The notes: generated by a model from the sequence alone, not told the origin. Positions 17,751 to 27,314 are shown, counted from the first letter of the stretch. The stretch: DNA of 38,612 nt from Candidatus Bathyarchaeota archaeon (GCA_043826455.1 JBDRQD010000076.1:1-38612), one strand, 5' to 3'. Numbers and translations are program-made.

Positions 17751-19163
17751 ATGCCCGCGAAAGAACTGAGCCCCATTGAGATATACAGGAGCCTACCAGG
17801 CACCAACTGCAAGGAGTGCGACGAGGCCAACTGCATGGCCTTCGCCGCCAAGCTGGTGAACAGGGAGGCTACCCTGGAGGAGTGCAAGCCCCTCCTGGAC
17901 CCGGGCAAGGCTGAGGCCTACAACAAGCTCTGGGCCCTTCTGAAGCCGGCCGTGAAGGCCGTGGAGGTGGGCACAGGGGACAACGCTTTGACCCTGGGGG
18001 GCGAGTACGTCCTCTACAGGCACGAGTTCACCTACTTCCACCAGCCCGCTATAGCCGTGGACGTGAGCGACGAGATGGGGGACGAGGAGTTCGAGACCCG
18101 GATGCACGTCCTCAACGACTTCAACTACCACTACATAGGCATGGAGCTCACCCTGGACATGGCGTCAGTCCGGTCCAGCAGCGGAAACGCTGCCCGGTTC
18201 AGGGACGCCGTGAAGAAGGCCGGGGAGCTGACCCGCAAACCCATGATGCTCTGCGCCCTTGACCCGACTGTGATGGAGGCCGGGCTCCAGATAGCAGCCG
18301 ACAGGAGACCCCTCATATACGCGGCCACCAAGGACAACTGGCAGATGATGGCCGAGCTGGCCCTCAAGTACGGGTGCCCCCTGGTGGCGTCCTCGCCCCT
18401 GGACCTGGACGGCCTCAAGAGCCTGGCCCTCACCCTAGAAGCCTACGGTGTCAAGGACATTGTGCTCGACCCGGGAACCCAGCCCAACAGGTACATGTCC
18501 ACCAACCTTGACGCTTTCACCGTCCTCAGGTGGGACGCCATCAACGAGGACGAGGAGGGCCTCGGCTACCCCCTCCTGGGGGTGCCCATGGCGGCGTGGA
18601 CTGAGGCCTCCGAGGACCCGGTGCTCAGCGAGTGGAGCGAGGCCCAGCTTGCCGCGGCCCTCATCACCCGGTTCACCGACATGATAGTGGTCCACGGCAT
18701 CAGCGGCTGGGCCCTGCTGCCCCAGGTGTTCCTTAGGAGCAACCTGTACACGGACCCCAGGAAGCCGGTCTCAGTGGAGGCTGAGCTGATGACCATAGGG
18801 ACTCCGGACGAGAACTCGCCGGTGCTGCTCACTACCAACTTCGCCCTCACCTACTACACAGTGGCCTCCGACATCGAAGGCGACAAGATAAACTGCTACC
18901 TGCTGGTGGTGGACAGCGAGGGCATGAGCGTGGAGAGCGCCGTGGCCGGCAGGAAGATGACCGCCGAGACCATCGCTGAGGCCCTCACCAACTTCAAGGT
19001 GGGGGAGAAGGTGAAGCACCGCAGCCTCATCATACCCGGCAGGGCGGCCAGGCTGAGCGGCGAGGTGCAGGAGCTGTCCGGCTGGAACGTGGCCGTGGGG
19101 CCCCTGGACTCCTCGGGTATAGCCTCCTACATCTCGGACAAGTGGAACCCTTACCCCGAGTAG
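17751..19163 (+). CDS. cdhE: Corrinoid Fe-S protein large subunit (CODH/ACS gamma)
   Basis: LPGTNCKECDEANCMAFA, YTDPRKPVSVE, TTNFALTYYTV and IIPGRAARLSGE. Confidence 0.97.
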   Translation: MPAKELSPIEIYRSLPGTNCKECDEANCMAFAAKLVNREATLEECKPLLDPGKAEAYNKLWALLKPAVKAVEVGTGDNALTLGGEYVLYRHEFTYFHQPAIAVDVSDEMGDEEFETRMHVLNDFNYHYIGMELTLDMASVRSSSGNAARFRDAVKKAGELTRKPMMLCALDPTVMEAGLQIAADRRPLIYAATKDNWQMMAELALKYGCPLVASSPLDLDGLKSLALTLEAYGVKDIVLDPGTQPNRYMSTNLDAFTVLRWDAINEDEEGLGYPLLGVPMAAWTEASEDPVLSEWSEAQLAAALITRFTDMIVVHGISGWALLPQVFLRSNLYTDPRKPVSVEAELMTIGTPDENSPVLLTTNFALTYYTVASDIEGDKINCYLLVVDSEGMSVESAVAGRKMTAETIAEALTNFKVGEKVKHRSLIIPGRAARLSGEVQELSGWNVAVGPLDSSGIASYISDKWNPYPE

Positions 19164-20180
19164 CTACACCCATTTTATGTATCCGCTGGGGGAGCCCGCT
19201 CCCCCAACAACAACCTGGTTAGAGGGGTTTTTGCCCCTCACCTCTTCCAATACGCCTCGGAACTCCACGCGGTCCCCCGCCTCAAAGACGCCACCGTAGA
19301 GCCCCTCGTAGCTGACAAGCCTGGTAACCTCGGCGCTGACACCTTCAAGCTCCGCGTCTCTTACGGCGTAAACAGCTGGCAGGTAGATGGACTCGCCATC
19401 ATCAACCACTGTCGCTGTGCCCCGGACCTCCCCCCGTCTGCGGTATGTGTTATCGCCGTAGCTCTCGGTGATCTCCTTGTCCGTTCTGGTGGGGTGGATG
19501 GAGAAGTAGGTGCTCTCATAGTACCCGTAGTTCCACCTGGTTTTAGCCACCCGCCGCAGCTCATCCACCGTCAGAGGGAACTTGCTAGCCCTCTCCCGAC
19601 ACCAGGCGTCCACCTCCTCTGGGGAAGGGGGCTGGATGCGGTCCCCCTCCTCCCTGAGCCTGGCCATGGCGTCCCTCAGCCTCTCTGAGGGCTTCCTGCC
19701 GTACACCGTCAGGTCTATGTCCGAGAAGTCGGGGTTGTGGATTCCCGTGAGCAGTGAGCCCGTCACGCCCAGCTCCTTGACCCCCGCCTCACCTGTCAGC
19801 AGGTCAGCTAGACCCAGAAGCCTCTCCTCTAATGGGTCCCGGGCTCCCCTGGACCTGATCTCCCTCAGCCCCCTCTGGGCCCAGAAGTACTTCTTGACGC
19901 TTGCCCTGGGGACCCAGGAGACGGTGAAGCCCCGGACCGGGCAATCGATCAGATACTGGGGAAGGTTGCGCCTCAGGTACTCGTAGGTGTTCTCCACCTG
20001 AGCCACGTGATAGAAGGGCAGAGCCCGGGAGTACCGAGTCGTCCCGCGGCCCCACTTACCCACGGGGGCCGTGACGTACTTCAGGTACGCCGTGTACCCG
20101 TCCGGCGGGTGCAGGTACCCAACAACGCAGAAGAGGTACCCCTCCGCGGTCTCCACGAAGTCCCTGTCCTTAGGCTTCAA
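19164..20180 (-). CDS. Archaeal predicted nucleotidyltransferase (Pol-beta superfamily, COG1665-like), paralog 1
   Basis: GVTGSLLTG...SDIDLTVYG nucleotidyltransferase motif, N-terminal DFVET..G..F.V.GY.HP...AYLKY, and C-terminal OB-like GDRVEFRGVLEEV. Begins 4 nt after the rimK-like stop. Confidence 0.8.
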   Translation of the reverse strand: MKPKDRDFVETAEGYLFCVVGYLHPPDGYTAYLKYVTAPVGKWGRGTTRYSRALPFYHVAQVENTYEYLRRNLPQYLIDCPVRGFTVSWVPRASVKKYFWAQRGLREIRSRGARDPLEERLLGLADLLTGEAGVKELGVTGSLLTGIHNPDFSDIDLTVYGRKPSERLRDAMARLREEGDRIQPPSPEEVDAWCRERASKFPLTVDELRRVAKTRWNYGYYESTYFSIHPTRTDKEITESYGDNTYRRRGEVRGTATVVDDGESIYLPAVYAVRDAELEGVSAEVTRLVSYEGLYGGVFEAGDRVEFRGVLEEVRGKNPSNQVVVGGAGSPSGYIKWV

Positions 20181-20184
20181 AGGC

Positions 20185-21063
20185 TCACCGGCTCAGCAAT
20201 GATAGGACGTGGCTGACAACGGCCTCAGTGATGTCCACGTCGGTCACTGTCTGGAGGCCCTCCCAGCCCGGGGTGCTGTTAAGCTCAACCACGTAGGCCT
20301 CCCCCGTCTCCGAGACTATGACGTCCACGCCCGTGTACTCCAGGTTTAGGGCCTCCGCCGCCCTGAGGCTCATCTCCGTCACCTCGGCGTCAGGCTTGTA
20401 GGGCTTGGCCTTGCCTCCGCCGGATATGTTGGTCTTCCAGCCCTGGGCCACGCGGCGCATGGAGGCCGTCACCTGTCCTCCTATGACGAAGACTCTGAGG
20501 TCCTCCCCGGGGTGATGTATGAACTTCTGGAGGTAGTAGACGCTCTTGGTCATCTCCAGGGCCCTGAGGACCCTGTGGGCCACATCGGGGTCGGAGACCC
20601 TGGTTATCCCCATTCCCAGACTGCCGAAGAGGGGCTTCACCACCACGTCTCCCCCCAGCTCCTGAAATCCCTTCATGGCCTCTGTGAAGCTCTCGGTGAC
20701 GATGGTCCTGGGTGTCCTGATGCCTGCGTCCTCCAGCAGCGCCGATGTGTAGTACTTGTCCACGGTCCTCTCGATGCTCAGGGCCGGGTTCACCACCAGC
20801 ACTCCCATGTCCTCCAGCCTGTGGAGGGCGTCCATCCTGTAGAAGACCTGCTCCGCTGAGCCGCCAGGGACGCGTCGGACGATTACGGCGTCATAGTCGT
20901 CCACCCCGTAGCCCTTCACCGAGAGCCGGGGCACGCCGCCTATCTCTGACCTGAACCTGGTGACGGGGAGGAGGTAGGCCTCGGCTCCCCTCCTCCTGAG
21001 CTCCTTGAGGAGCCCCCGTATGTGCCACTCGTCCGCGTCTGAACCGATTACTCCTACCTTCAA
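20185..21063 (-). CDS. mptN: RimK-family ATP-grasp alpha-L-glutamate ligase (MptN/Orf5-like; methanopterin or methanofuran glutamylation)
   Basis: GGSAEQVFYRMDALHRL, DKY, VVKPLFGSLGMGI, DLRVFVIG, WKTNISGG and ELNSTPGW, directly downstream of fwdC. The substrate is inferred from context only. Confidence 0.8.
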   Translation of the reverse strand: MKVGVIGSDADEWHIRGLLKELRRRGAEAYLLPVTRFRSEIGGVPRLSVKGYGVDDYDAVIVRRVPGGSAEQVFYRMDALHRLEDMGVLVVNPALSIERTVDKYYTSALLEDAGIRTPRTIVTESFTEAMKGFQELGGDVVVKPLFGSLGMGITRVSDPDVAHRVLRALEMTKSVYYLQKFIHHPGEDLRVFVIGGQVTASMRRVAQGWKTNISGGGKAKPYKPDAEVTEMSLRAAEALNLEYTGVDVIVSETGEAYVVELNSTPGWEGLQTVTDVDITEAVVSHVLSLLSR

Positions 21064-21067
21064 CTAT

Positions 21068-21910
21068 TCACGCCTTCTCAGCCACTAGGATCTCGGCGCT
21101 GCCGCCGACAGCCATGTCCCCCCGGTACCTGCACATGGGGGCGTCGATGAACCTGGCGGCCTCCTCGACTCCCAGGTTCTCCGAGAGCTGCCTGAGGTAG
21201 AGCCTCATGAAGGTAGGCGTGTAGGTGGTCTCGTAGATGTAAGTGGGCAGCACCTCGCGGACGCCTCCGAAGCACGCGATGAAGCCGCCGTTGCCCTTGG
21301 CCTGGGCTCCGGCTCTCTTCCCCAGCTCACCGAAGACGAACACCTCTCCGCCGTTCATGTGGACACCGGTGAAGGGGCCTGTGTCGCCGCCGACGACCAC
21401 CATGCCGCGCCTCATGAAGCTGCACGCCTCCGAGCCTACGCTTCCCTTCACCAGGGCGCATCCTCCGGTCACGCCCTCGCTGCTGCCCCTGTAGGCCGCG
21501 GCGGCCTGGTTCCCGGCGTCGCCGAGGACCCTGATGAGGCCGCCTTTCATCTCGGCGCCCAGCCAGTCTCCGACGCTGCCTGTGATGGTGAGGTCTCCGC
21601 CGGCCATCTGGGCCCCCGTGTGCATCCCGGCGTCTCCCTGGACCACGACTCGGCCCGAGGTCATGCCTTTGCCGATGTACTTCACGTGGCCCGCGTCGCC
21701 GTCCACCACTATGTGCTGGTCTTCAGGCGTCTCGGCCACCTTGCCTTCCACGTTGAAGAACTCGCTGAGACTGTGTGTCTTGTTTCCCCGGTAGACAAGG
21801 AGGGCCTTCACCTCTTCCAGGGTCTTCCCAGCGATCACGTCGGGTGAGATAACCTCCGCCTCCACTGGTATCCTGGAGGAGCCCTTGGGTGTCAGTACTA
21901 GTTGCTTCAT
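21068..21910 (-). CDS. fwdC: Formylmethanofuran dehydrogenase subunit C
   Basis: IPVEAEVISPD and repeated Gly-rich beta-helix units (G..M.GG.I.V.G), including AAAAYRGSSEG. Confidence 0.95.
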   Translation of the reverse strand: MKQLVLTPKGSSRIPVEAEVISPDVIAGKTLEEVKALLVYRGNKTHSLSEFFNVEGKVAETPEDQHIVVDGDAGHVKYIGKGMTSGRVVVQGDAGMHTGAQMAGGDLTITGSVGDWLGAEMKGGLIRVLGDAGNQAAAAYRGSSEGVTGGCALVKGSVGSEACSFMRRGMVVVGGDTGPFTGVHMNGGEVFVFGELGKRAGAQAKGNGGFIACFGGVREVLPTYIYETTYTPTFMRLYLRQLSENLGVEEAARFIDAPMCRYRGDMAVGGSAEILVAEKA

Positions 21911-21911
21911 T

Positions 21912-22838
21912 TTAGATGCCTCCCAGGCTTTCTTTGAGACTCATCTTGAACTTCCCCAGTTTGCCGTCGAAGTTCACGGCCGTGATCCATTTGACCCCCT
22001 TCACCCGGGTGGCCGCGTCCACGCCGACGCCCATGGCCTTCACCACCTGCTTCTCCTCCAGTCCGTTGATGACCACCTCCAGAACCGAGTTGACGCCCTC
22101 CGGTATCTTACTGCCCTTCAACGTGTTCTTGATGCTGGGGCAGAACGGTGTGTTGGTGGACGCCTTCAGGAACTTGTAGGTGGACCCCACCTTGCTGCCG
22201 CTCCTGCAAAGGCCCCCTGGGAAGGGCGTCACCACCCCCGGCAACATGTGGATGGCGTCTATGGCGGCCTCCGCCGCCTTCAGTGTGGCCTCCTGGCTGT
22301 CCCCCATTATCAGGAAGTTGCCTCCGGCCACCGCCTTCTTGGCTCCAACTTTCTCCTCCACCAGGAACTCGCCCTCCATGACGGGTATCCTCCAGAAGCG
22401 GCGCCTCTGCTGCCAGCCGTCCCCCATCCTCATCTTCACCTGGTAGCTGTCGCCGAAGAACCTGAGGCTCTTGCCTATGTCCAGCATCTCGTCGGCCTCC
22501 TCCTCGGGCAGCCCGTTGAAGACTGCAGTGCTGGGGCACGTTAGGACGCACTGGCCCAGCCTGTTGAGCATGGACTCGGCCAGCTTGCCTTTGCTGAATC
22601 CGTAGACCATGACGGCGGTCCCGGGGCGGCCGTCCGGCGTAGCCTCGGGCGCCACCTCTGCCTCTATCGCGGCCTCGCAGTCGCAGGCTATGACGCTGGT
22701 GGCGAACCCGGACATGGATGTCGCAGCCGTGTTGGCCCACCTCCGGGATGCCGCCGTTATGATTATGCGGCTCCCCCACATGCTGAAGCCCTCCGCGAAG
22801 GTGTCCTCTATCTGGACCCCGTTGTGTGTGAAGCTCAT
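21912..22838 (-). CDS. ftr: Formylmethanofuran:tetrahydromethanopterin N-formyltransferase
   Basis: NGVQIEDTFAE, TPDGRPG, GQCVLTCP, FFGD, GGNF, PFPGG..RSGSKVGS and EVVINGL. Confidence 0.97.
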   Translation of the reverse strand: MSFTHNGVQIEDTFAEGFSMWGSRIIITAASRRWANTAATSMSGFATSVIACDCEAAIEAEVAPEATPDGRPGTAVMVYGFSKGKLAESMLNRLGQCVLTCPSTAVFNGLPEEEADEMLDIGKSLRFFGDSYQVKMRMGDGWQQRRRFWRIPVMEGEFLVEEKVGAKKAVAGGNFLIMGDSQEATLKAAEAAIDAIHMLPGVVTPFPGGLCRSGSKVGSTYKFLKASTNTPFCPSIKNTLKGSKIPEGVNSVLEVVINGLEEKQVVKAMGVGVDAATRVKGVKWITAVNFDGKLGKFKMSLKESLGGI

Positions 22839-24541
22839 CACGCCGCACCTCCCACGGCCTTGTGCACTCGCTGAACCGGCAGGTAGGCGTCCTCCACGGG
22901 GTAGTTGCGCAGGCTCACCGTGTAGTACTTCTTGAACTCAGCCTCAACGTCCTTCATAAGCTCCTTCTCCAGGCCCTCGGGCACCTTGGCGTCCACCCAG
23001 TGGGTGGCCCCCATGGGGGTGGCAACCACCTCGCCGTCCTTTACCACAACTTCTCCTCCCTTAACTGTGTACGCTGCCCTGCTGAAGGCCTTCTCCAGCT
23101 CTTTGTACTGGCTGGGGCGCCACGTCTCCGGGTTAATCTTGTAAACGGCCACGTCGGCGTCCGCGCCTACTCCCAGGTGGCCTTTGTCCTTGAGGCCCAG
23201 GGCCTTGGCTGTGCCGGCCCTGGTGGTCACGGCTATGTCGCTGAAGGTGTACTCTCGGTAGTTGTTGGTCAGGTCCGTCCTCTTCATGATGGCCTTGTTC
23301 ATGTCGTTCATGGCGTCGGTCCTGGCCTTCCTGCTCATGAGCCAAGCCATGACCTGGGGGTAGAAGGTGAAGGGACCTCCGTTGGGGTGGTCCGTGGTCA
23401 TGTAGACCCTCCACGGGTCCTTCACCAGCAGCGCCAGCTCCATGCCTATGCCCCACTGCACCGAGTTAGCCGGGTTGTTAGCCTTGAACGTGTAGGGCAC
23501 GACGCCGGCTCCGGCCTCCATCTCCACATCGCTGTTAACCCACTTGTTGCCAGTCATGTTCCACAGATTGAACTGCCAGGGCCCGTCCCCCGTCATCGTC
23601 GTGGTGTCGGTGAATATGGCCTGGCCCAGGTCCAGGGTCACGTGGGGGTTGCTGTTCACATACTCGGCGATCTCCGGCGCCCCGGACTTGACGTTCCCCC
23701 AGTTGCTTCCGGCGAGGGCGTTGAACTGCACGTGGACCACGTGGACCGTGGTCTTCCTCTCGTCGGAGGGCTTCACCGCCCTGGCCACCTCCATGGTGTC
23801 TATTGTCGTCTTGTAGTTGCCCGGCATTCCTAGGTTGTTGCAGTGGAGGTGGATGGTGTGGGGCAGCCCCAGCTCCTCATTCACCTTGGCCAGGCTTGTG
23901 ATGATCTGCCTAGGCGTGATGCCGTAGTCCTCCACCTTGCCGTCCAGGCCGTGGACGTTGCGGCCCCACTTCCAGTTCTCCACGCCGCCGGGGTTCACGA
24001 TCTTCACCGCGTAGCCCCGGGTGGCCCGGAGCAGCCACGCCACGAAGGCCTTGAGCCGGTCGTGGTCGCCGTCCCGCACGTACTTGAGGGTGAAGTAGTT
24101 GTTCCCGAACAGGGTGAACGCCGCCTTGTCGATTATGGGCGTGTCGTTGAGCTCCTCGTGGACGTGGCGGGCGCTCAGGGGGGGCATGGCCGCCTCCATG
24201 ACGCTCGTGTAACCCATCTGAGCGTACCTGTAGCCTGTGACGAAGGTGGAGGGACAGCTGTACCCAACGCCTCCTCTGGTGACCGGACCCTTGGGGACCT
24301 GGTCCTTCCTGTGGTCCTCGGGCCTCATGAGGCGCCCGATGTTGATCTTGCTCCCGGCTATGTGGCTGTGGAGGTCCACGCCCCCCGGCATCACCGTCAT
24401 CCCGGATGCGTCAACCACCTCGGCTCCCCTACCCACCTTCTCCACCACCTTGCCGCCGCTGAGGCTGATATCCATCTTCTCCCCGTCAACTCCGTTGAGG
24501 GGGTCGAAGACGAAGCCGCCCTTAATCAGTACGTCCTTCAT
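22838..24541 (-). CDS. fwdA: Formylmethanofuran dehydrogenase subunit A (amidohydrolase)
   Basis: GGVDLHSHIAG, KIVNPGGVE, HLHCNNLG, HVQF, MTGDGP and TTDHPNGGPF. Confidence 0.98.
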   Translation of the reverse strand: MKDVLIKGGFVFDPLNGVDGEKMDISLSGGKVVEKVGRGAEVVDASGMTVMPGGVDLHSHIAGSKINIGRLMRPEDHRKDQVPKGPVTRGGVGYSCPSTFVTGYRYAQMGYTSVMEAAMPPLSARHVHEELNDTPIIDKAAFTLFGNNYFTLKYVRDGDHDRLKAFVAWLLRATRGYAVKIVNPGGVENWKWGRNVHGLDGKVEDYGITPRQIITSLAKVNEELGLPHTIHLHCNNLGMPGNYKTTIDTMEVARAVKPSDERKTTVHVVHVQFNALAGSNWGNVKSGAPEIAEYVNSNPHVTLDLGQAIFTDTTTMTGDGPWQFNLWNMTGNKWVNSDVEMEAGAGVVPYTFKANNPANSVQWGIGMELALLVKDPWRVYMTTDHPNGGPFTFYPQVMAWLMSRKARTDAMNDMNKAIMKRTDLTNNYREYTFSDIAVTTRAGTAKALGLKDKGHLGVGADADVAVYKINPETWRPSQYKELEKAFSRAAYTVKGGEVVVKDGEVVATPMGATHWVDAKVPEGLEKELMKDVEAEFKKYYTVSLRNYPVEDAYLPVQRVHKAVGGAA

Positions 24542-25821
24542 CGCTTAGCCTCCTTCAAGCCCATGAGAATCATGTTTAGGACCTCCTCGTCCGATTGGAC
24601 TCCCTTAGGCGGTTCCACAAGCTTCTTCAGTCTTAAGGGTATCCCGTCCATCCTGTAGGCGGTGCCCTCGGCCTCTATGCCCGCGGTGGCCACAGGTATA
24701 GCCACTTTGCTCATCATGGTGGTGGGCGTCGTCTTCTGCTCCAGTGTAACCACGGGCATCTTGGCCAGGTTGGCCGCCGCATCGACCGGGAAGGTAGATG
24801 CGGGGTCCGACGCCACAACCAAGGTAGCGTCCACCTCGCCCCTGGACAGGAGGTCCACCGAGGTGAACTCCCCCGGGTTGTACCGGGGGTACCCGCGGCT
24901 GAAGTCCACCGCGTAGGGGTACCCCGTCTGCCATGTGGTCACCGTGTTGGCCCCGGCCACGTTGTAGTGGCCCCTCATGGGGGTGAGCACGAACTTGGTG
25001 TGGCGGTTAAGCTCTGCGACCAGGCCCACCGCGGCGTCTATGTTCATGTGTCTGCCGTCACTCTGGGTGAGGCCCAGGCCGAAGAACACGATGCCGAACC
25101 TTGCCTTCTTCATCTGGTCGGCCAGCTCCCTCACCTCTGCCATGGGAACCCCCGCCACATCCTCGACGGGTAGCTCCTGGCCCCTGACGCAGGCTCTTAA
25201 CGCCTGCAGCAGCTCGAAGTCCGAGCCCGGCCTGACCTTGATGAACTGGTCCGCCAGCTTCGTTGAACCTGTCTCCCTCACGTCCACAGCTATGATCTTT
25301 CTCCCCTTCCTCCCCTCGGGTACGTACATGCCCTTGGGCATTCCGCTGTACCTGGTGATATGCCTGATGTGGGCCTCCGTGGGGTTGCTGCCCCAGAATA
25401 TCACAAAGTCGGCCCTGTTCCGTATCTCGCCTAGGCTTGCCTTGGACTCCCCCACCTGCTGCAGCGCAAGGATGGTGGGGCCGTGGCAGACCGAGGACGT
25501 GTTGTCAATAATACCTCCGGTCGTTTCAGCGATCTCCACTGCCTTGCTTATGGCTCCGCACTCCGTGGAGCTGAGGCCGTAGACGAGGGGCCTCTCCGCC
25601 TTAGACAGCAGGCTCACGGTCTCTTTCACTGCTTTCTCCAGGGACACCTTTTTACCGTCAATCGTGGGGTGCTCCAGCCTGTTGGCGCCGTGGTTCATGA
25701 ACTTGGACCTGGATATGCCGCACGCGTTCTTCACCTCAGAGATGTGGCCGTCCTCGACGCTCACCTCCAGGTCGTCGCATAGGCACCCGCAGAATGGGCA
25801 GACTACATCCTCATACTTCAC
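24538..25821 (-). CDS. fwdB: Formylmethanofuran dehydrogenase subunit B (Mo/W-bis-PGD, Cys-type)
   Basis: CPFCGCLCDD [4Fe-4S] motif, SSVCHGP metal ligand, MRGHYNVAG and GTAYRMDG. Confidence 0.97.
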   Translation of the reverse strand: MKYEDVVCPFCGCLCDDLEVSVEDGHISEVKNACGISRSKFMNHGANRLEHPTIDGKKVSLEKAVKETVSLLSKAERPLVYGLSSTECGAISKAVEIAETTGGIIDNTSSVCHGPTILALQQVGESKASLGEIRNRADFVIFWGSNPTEAHIRHITRYSGMPKGMYVPEGRKGRKIIAVDVRETGSTKLADQFIKVRPGSDFELLQALRACVRGQELPVEDVAGVPMAEVRELADQMKKARFGIVFFGLGLTQSDGRHMNIDAAVGLVAELNRHTKFVLTPMRGHYNVAGANTVTTWQTGYPYAVDFSRGYPRYNPGEFTSVDLLSRGEVDATLVVASDPASTFPVDAAANLAKMPVVTLEQKTTPTTMMSKVAIPVATAGIEAEGTAYRMDGIPLRLKKLVEPPKGVQSDEEVLNMILMGLKEAKR

Positions 25822-26219
25822 AGCGCTTTTCCTCCTCTCATGGAGTCCACGATCTCCTGGATGGTGGGCACCTTACCGCCGTCAGCGGCCGAGACCGTGG
25901 CTTTGATCCCCTTGAACTGGGGCATCCCCGTCCCATCCGTGGATGATGCGTAGAGTTGGTTGGCCCAGGGCCCGTAGGGGAAGAAGACCATCCCCCGATC
26001 CAAGCCACTGTCGCCAGTCCAGTATACTGTGACGCACCCGTGCTCGGTGGAGACCTTGACCAGCCCGCCCTTCACCAGGCCGATGCTGGACGCGTCCTCG
26101 GGGTTGAGGGACACAGCATTAACGCTCTGAATGTACCTCTCGGAGAGCTTCCCCTCCTCCAGGCCCACCCCCTGCCTGGCCGTCCTCCCCGAGATGAGAG
26201 TCACCTCGATCCTGTTCAT
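25818..26219 (-). CDS. fwdD: Formylmethanofuran dehydrogenase subunit D (molybdopterin dinucleotide-binding)
   Basis: LISGRTARQG, FFPYGPWAN and TDGTGMPQFKG. Confidence 0.95.
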   Translation of the reverse strand: MNRIEVTLISGRTARQGVGLEEGKLSERYIQSVNAVSLNPEDASSIGLVKGGLVKVSTEHGCVTVYWTGDSGLDRGMVFFPYGPWANQLYASSTDGTGMPQFKGIKATVSAADGGKVPTIQEIVDSMRGGKAL

Positions 26220-26234
26220 CCTTGAGCCACCGCG

Positions 26235-27182
26235 CTACTTCATGGACTGCCTGATTATCTCGTCGTTGACCTCGCCGTAGGTGAAGGTGGCGCCGGTCCT
26301 AGAGGATGTGAGGCTGATGGCCGCGGGGGCGAACAGGGCCGGGTCGATCCTGGTGAAGTCAAAGTCCACGGCCTTGTATATCTCGTAGCTGGTCTTACCG
26401 TAGTCCTTGCAGTTGGTGGATGGGGCCTTCTCGGCTATCTTCTTCAACGCGTCCTCCGCCTCGTCCACCACGTAGCTGGTGACCCCGCCGTAGGTCAAGG
26501 CGTCCTCGGCCCTGCCCATGGCCTTCCCGGGGTCCCGGTGGACCGGCATGATAGGGGCAATTCCCGCCCCATACAGCACCTTCTTAGGGTCCAGGCCCAG
26601 TATGTCGAGCCTGAAGAGACCCGTCTCCACGATCCTCCCCGATATCTGGACCATGCCAGCCACGGACCTGGTGGAAGTCAGCACCATGTACACGTTCTCG
26701 GGCTTCACGCCGCACCTCTCAGCGATGTAGTAGGCGGCCGCGTCCGGCGGCTTCTCCTCGGTCTCCAGCAGGATGACGGCTACATCCGCCTCATCCTTGT
26801 ACTCTATCTTCTGGAACACCTCCTTGGGCTTGAGGGAGAGAGCCCTGGCCGGCCCGGAGCTGTCGGCGCTGTAGCCCTCCGGCTTTATCTTCCAGCCCGC
26901 GAGCTGGGCCCCGAACAGTGCTATGGCGGGGTGGTCGGTTGACACCACCACGGCGGGCAGCTTCACTCCTCCATAGTCGGCGTACTGGAGCTGAGCCGTC
27001 CCCGCTCCCCCCATGGCTATGCGGGTAACCATCAGCCCCGCCTCGTAGCCTCCGTGGGCCTCCAGCCCCGTGTCGATGACCTTTGCTCCCGAGGGCAGCT
27101 TCTCCACGCCAACCCTGTAATAGTCCTTTCTTCGGATCAGCTCCTCCGCGAGCACCTGAGCAAGCTTGTTTACGCTCACCAC
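26235..27182 (-). CDS. mch: Methenyltetrahydromethanopterin cyclohydrolase
   Basis: SVNKLA, QLAGW, SGPARAL, QISGRIVE and FTRIDPALFAPA. Confidence 0.96.
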   Translation of the reverse strand: MVSVNKLAQVLAEELIRRKDYYRVGVEKLPSGAKVIDTGLEAHGGYEAGLMVTRIAMGGAGTAQLQYADYGGVKLPAVVVSTDHPAIALFGAQLAGWKIKPEGYSADSSGPARALSLKPKEVFQKIEYKDEADVAVILLETEEKPPDAAAYYIAERCGVKPENVYMVLTSTRSVAGMVQISGRIVETGLFRLDILGLDPKKVLYGAGIAPIMPVHRDPGKAMGRAEDALTYGGVTSYVVDEAEDALKKIAEKAPSTNCKDYGKTSYEIYKAVDFDFTRIDPALFAPAAISLTSSRTGATFTYGEVNDEIIRQSMK

Positions 27183-27314
27183 GTTTAGAACACCGATCTG
27201 ATTATGTAGCCCGCAATTAAAACATCTGCGGTCAATACATACTATATTTAAATTAATTATAATAAATAAGGCGATGTTTATCGTTAAAATACATTAAAAT
27301 ATGTTATAGCCCTT
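27183..27314 (-). promoter_or_regulatory. AT-rich promoter region of the mch-fwd-ftr operon
   Basis: Very AT-rich stretch (e.g. TATATTTAAATTAATTATAATAAAT) upstream of mch, with several TATA-like hexamers. Confidence 0.6.

Noticed and set aside
19164..20180. Nucleotidyltransferases as MNT-HEPN antitoxins or CBASS cyclases
   Set aside because: At ~335 aa with extra N- and C-terminal domains they are too long for MNT, there is no adjacent HEPN or effector gene, and the context is metabolic.
24538..25821. Selenocysteine-type or cofactor-less (FhcB-type) subunit B
   Set aside because: The frame has no internal TGA, the ligand is Cys in SSVCHGP, and the Fe-S and pterin-binding motifs are intact.
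12087..27182. Evidence for methanogenesis
   Set aside because: No mcr or mtr genes are in the window, and cdh, fwd, ftr and mch are shared with non-methanogenic archaea.
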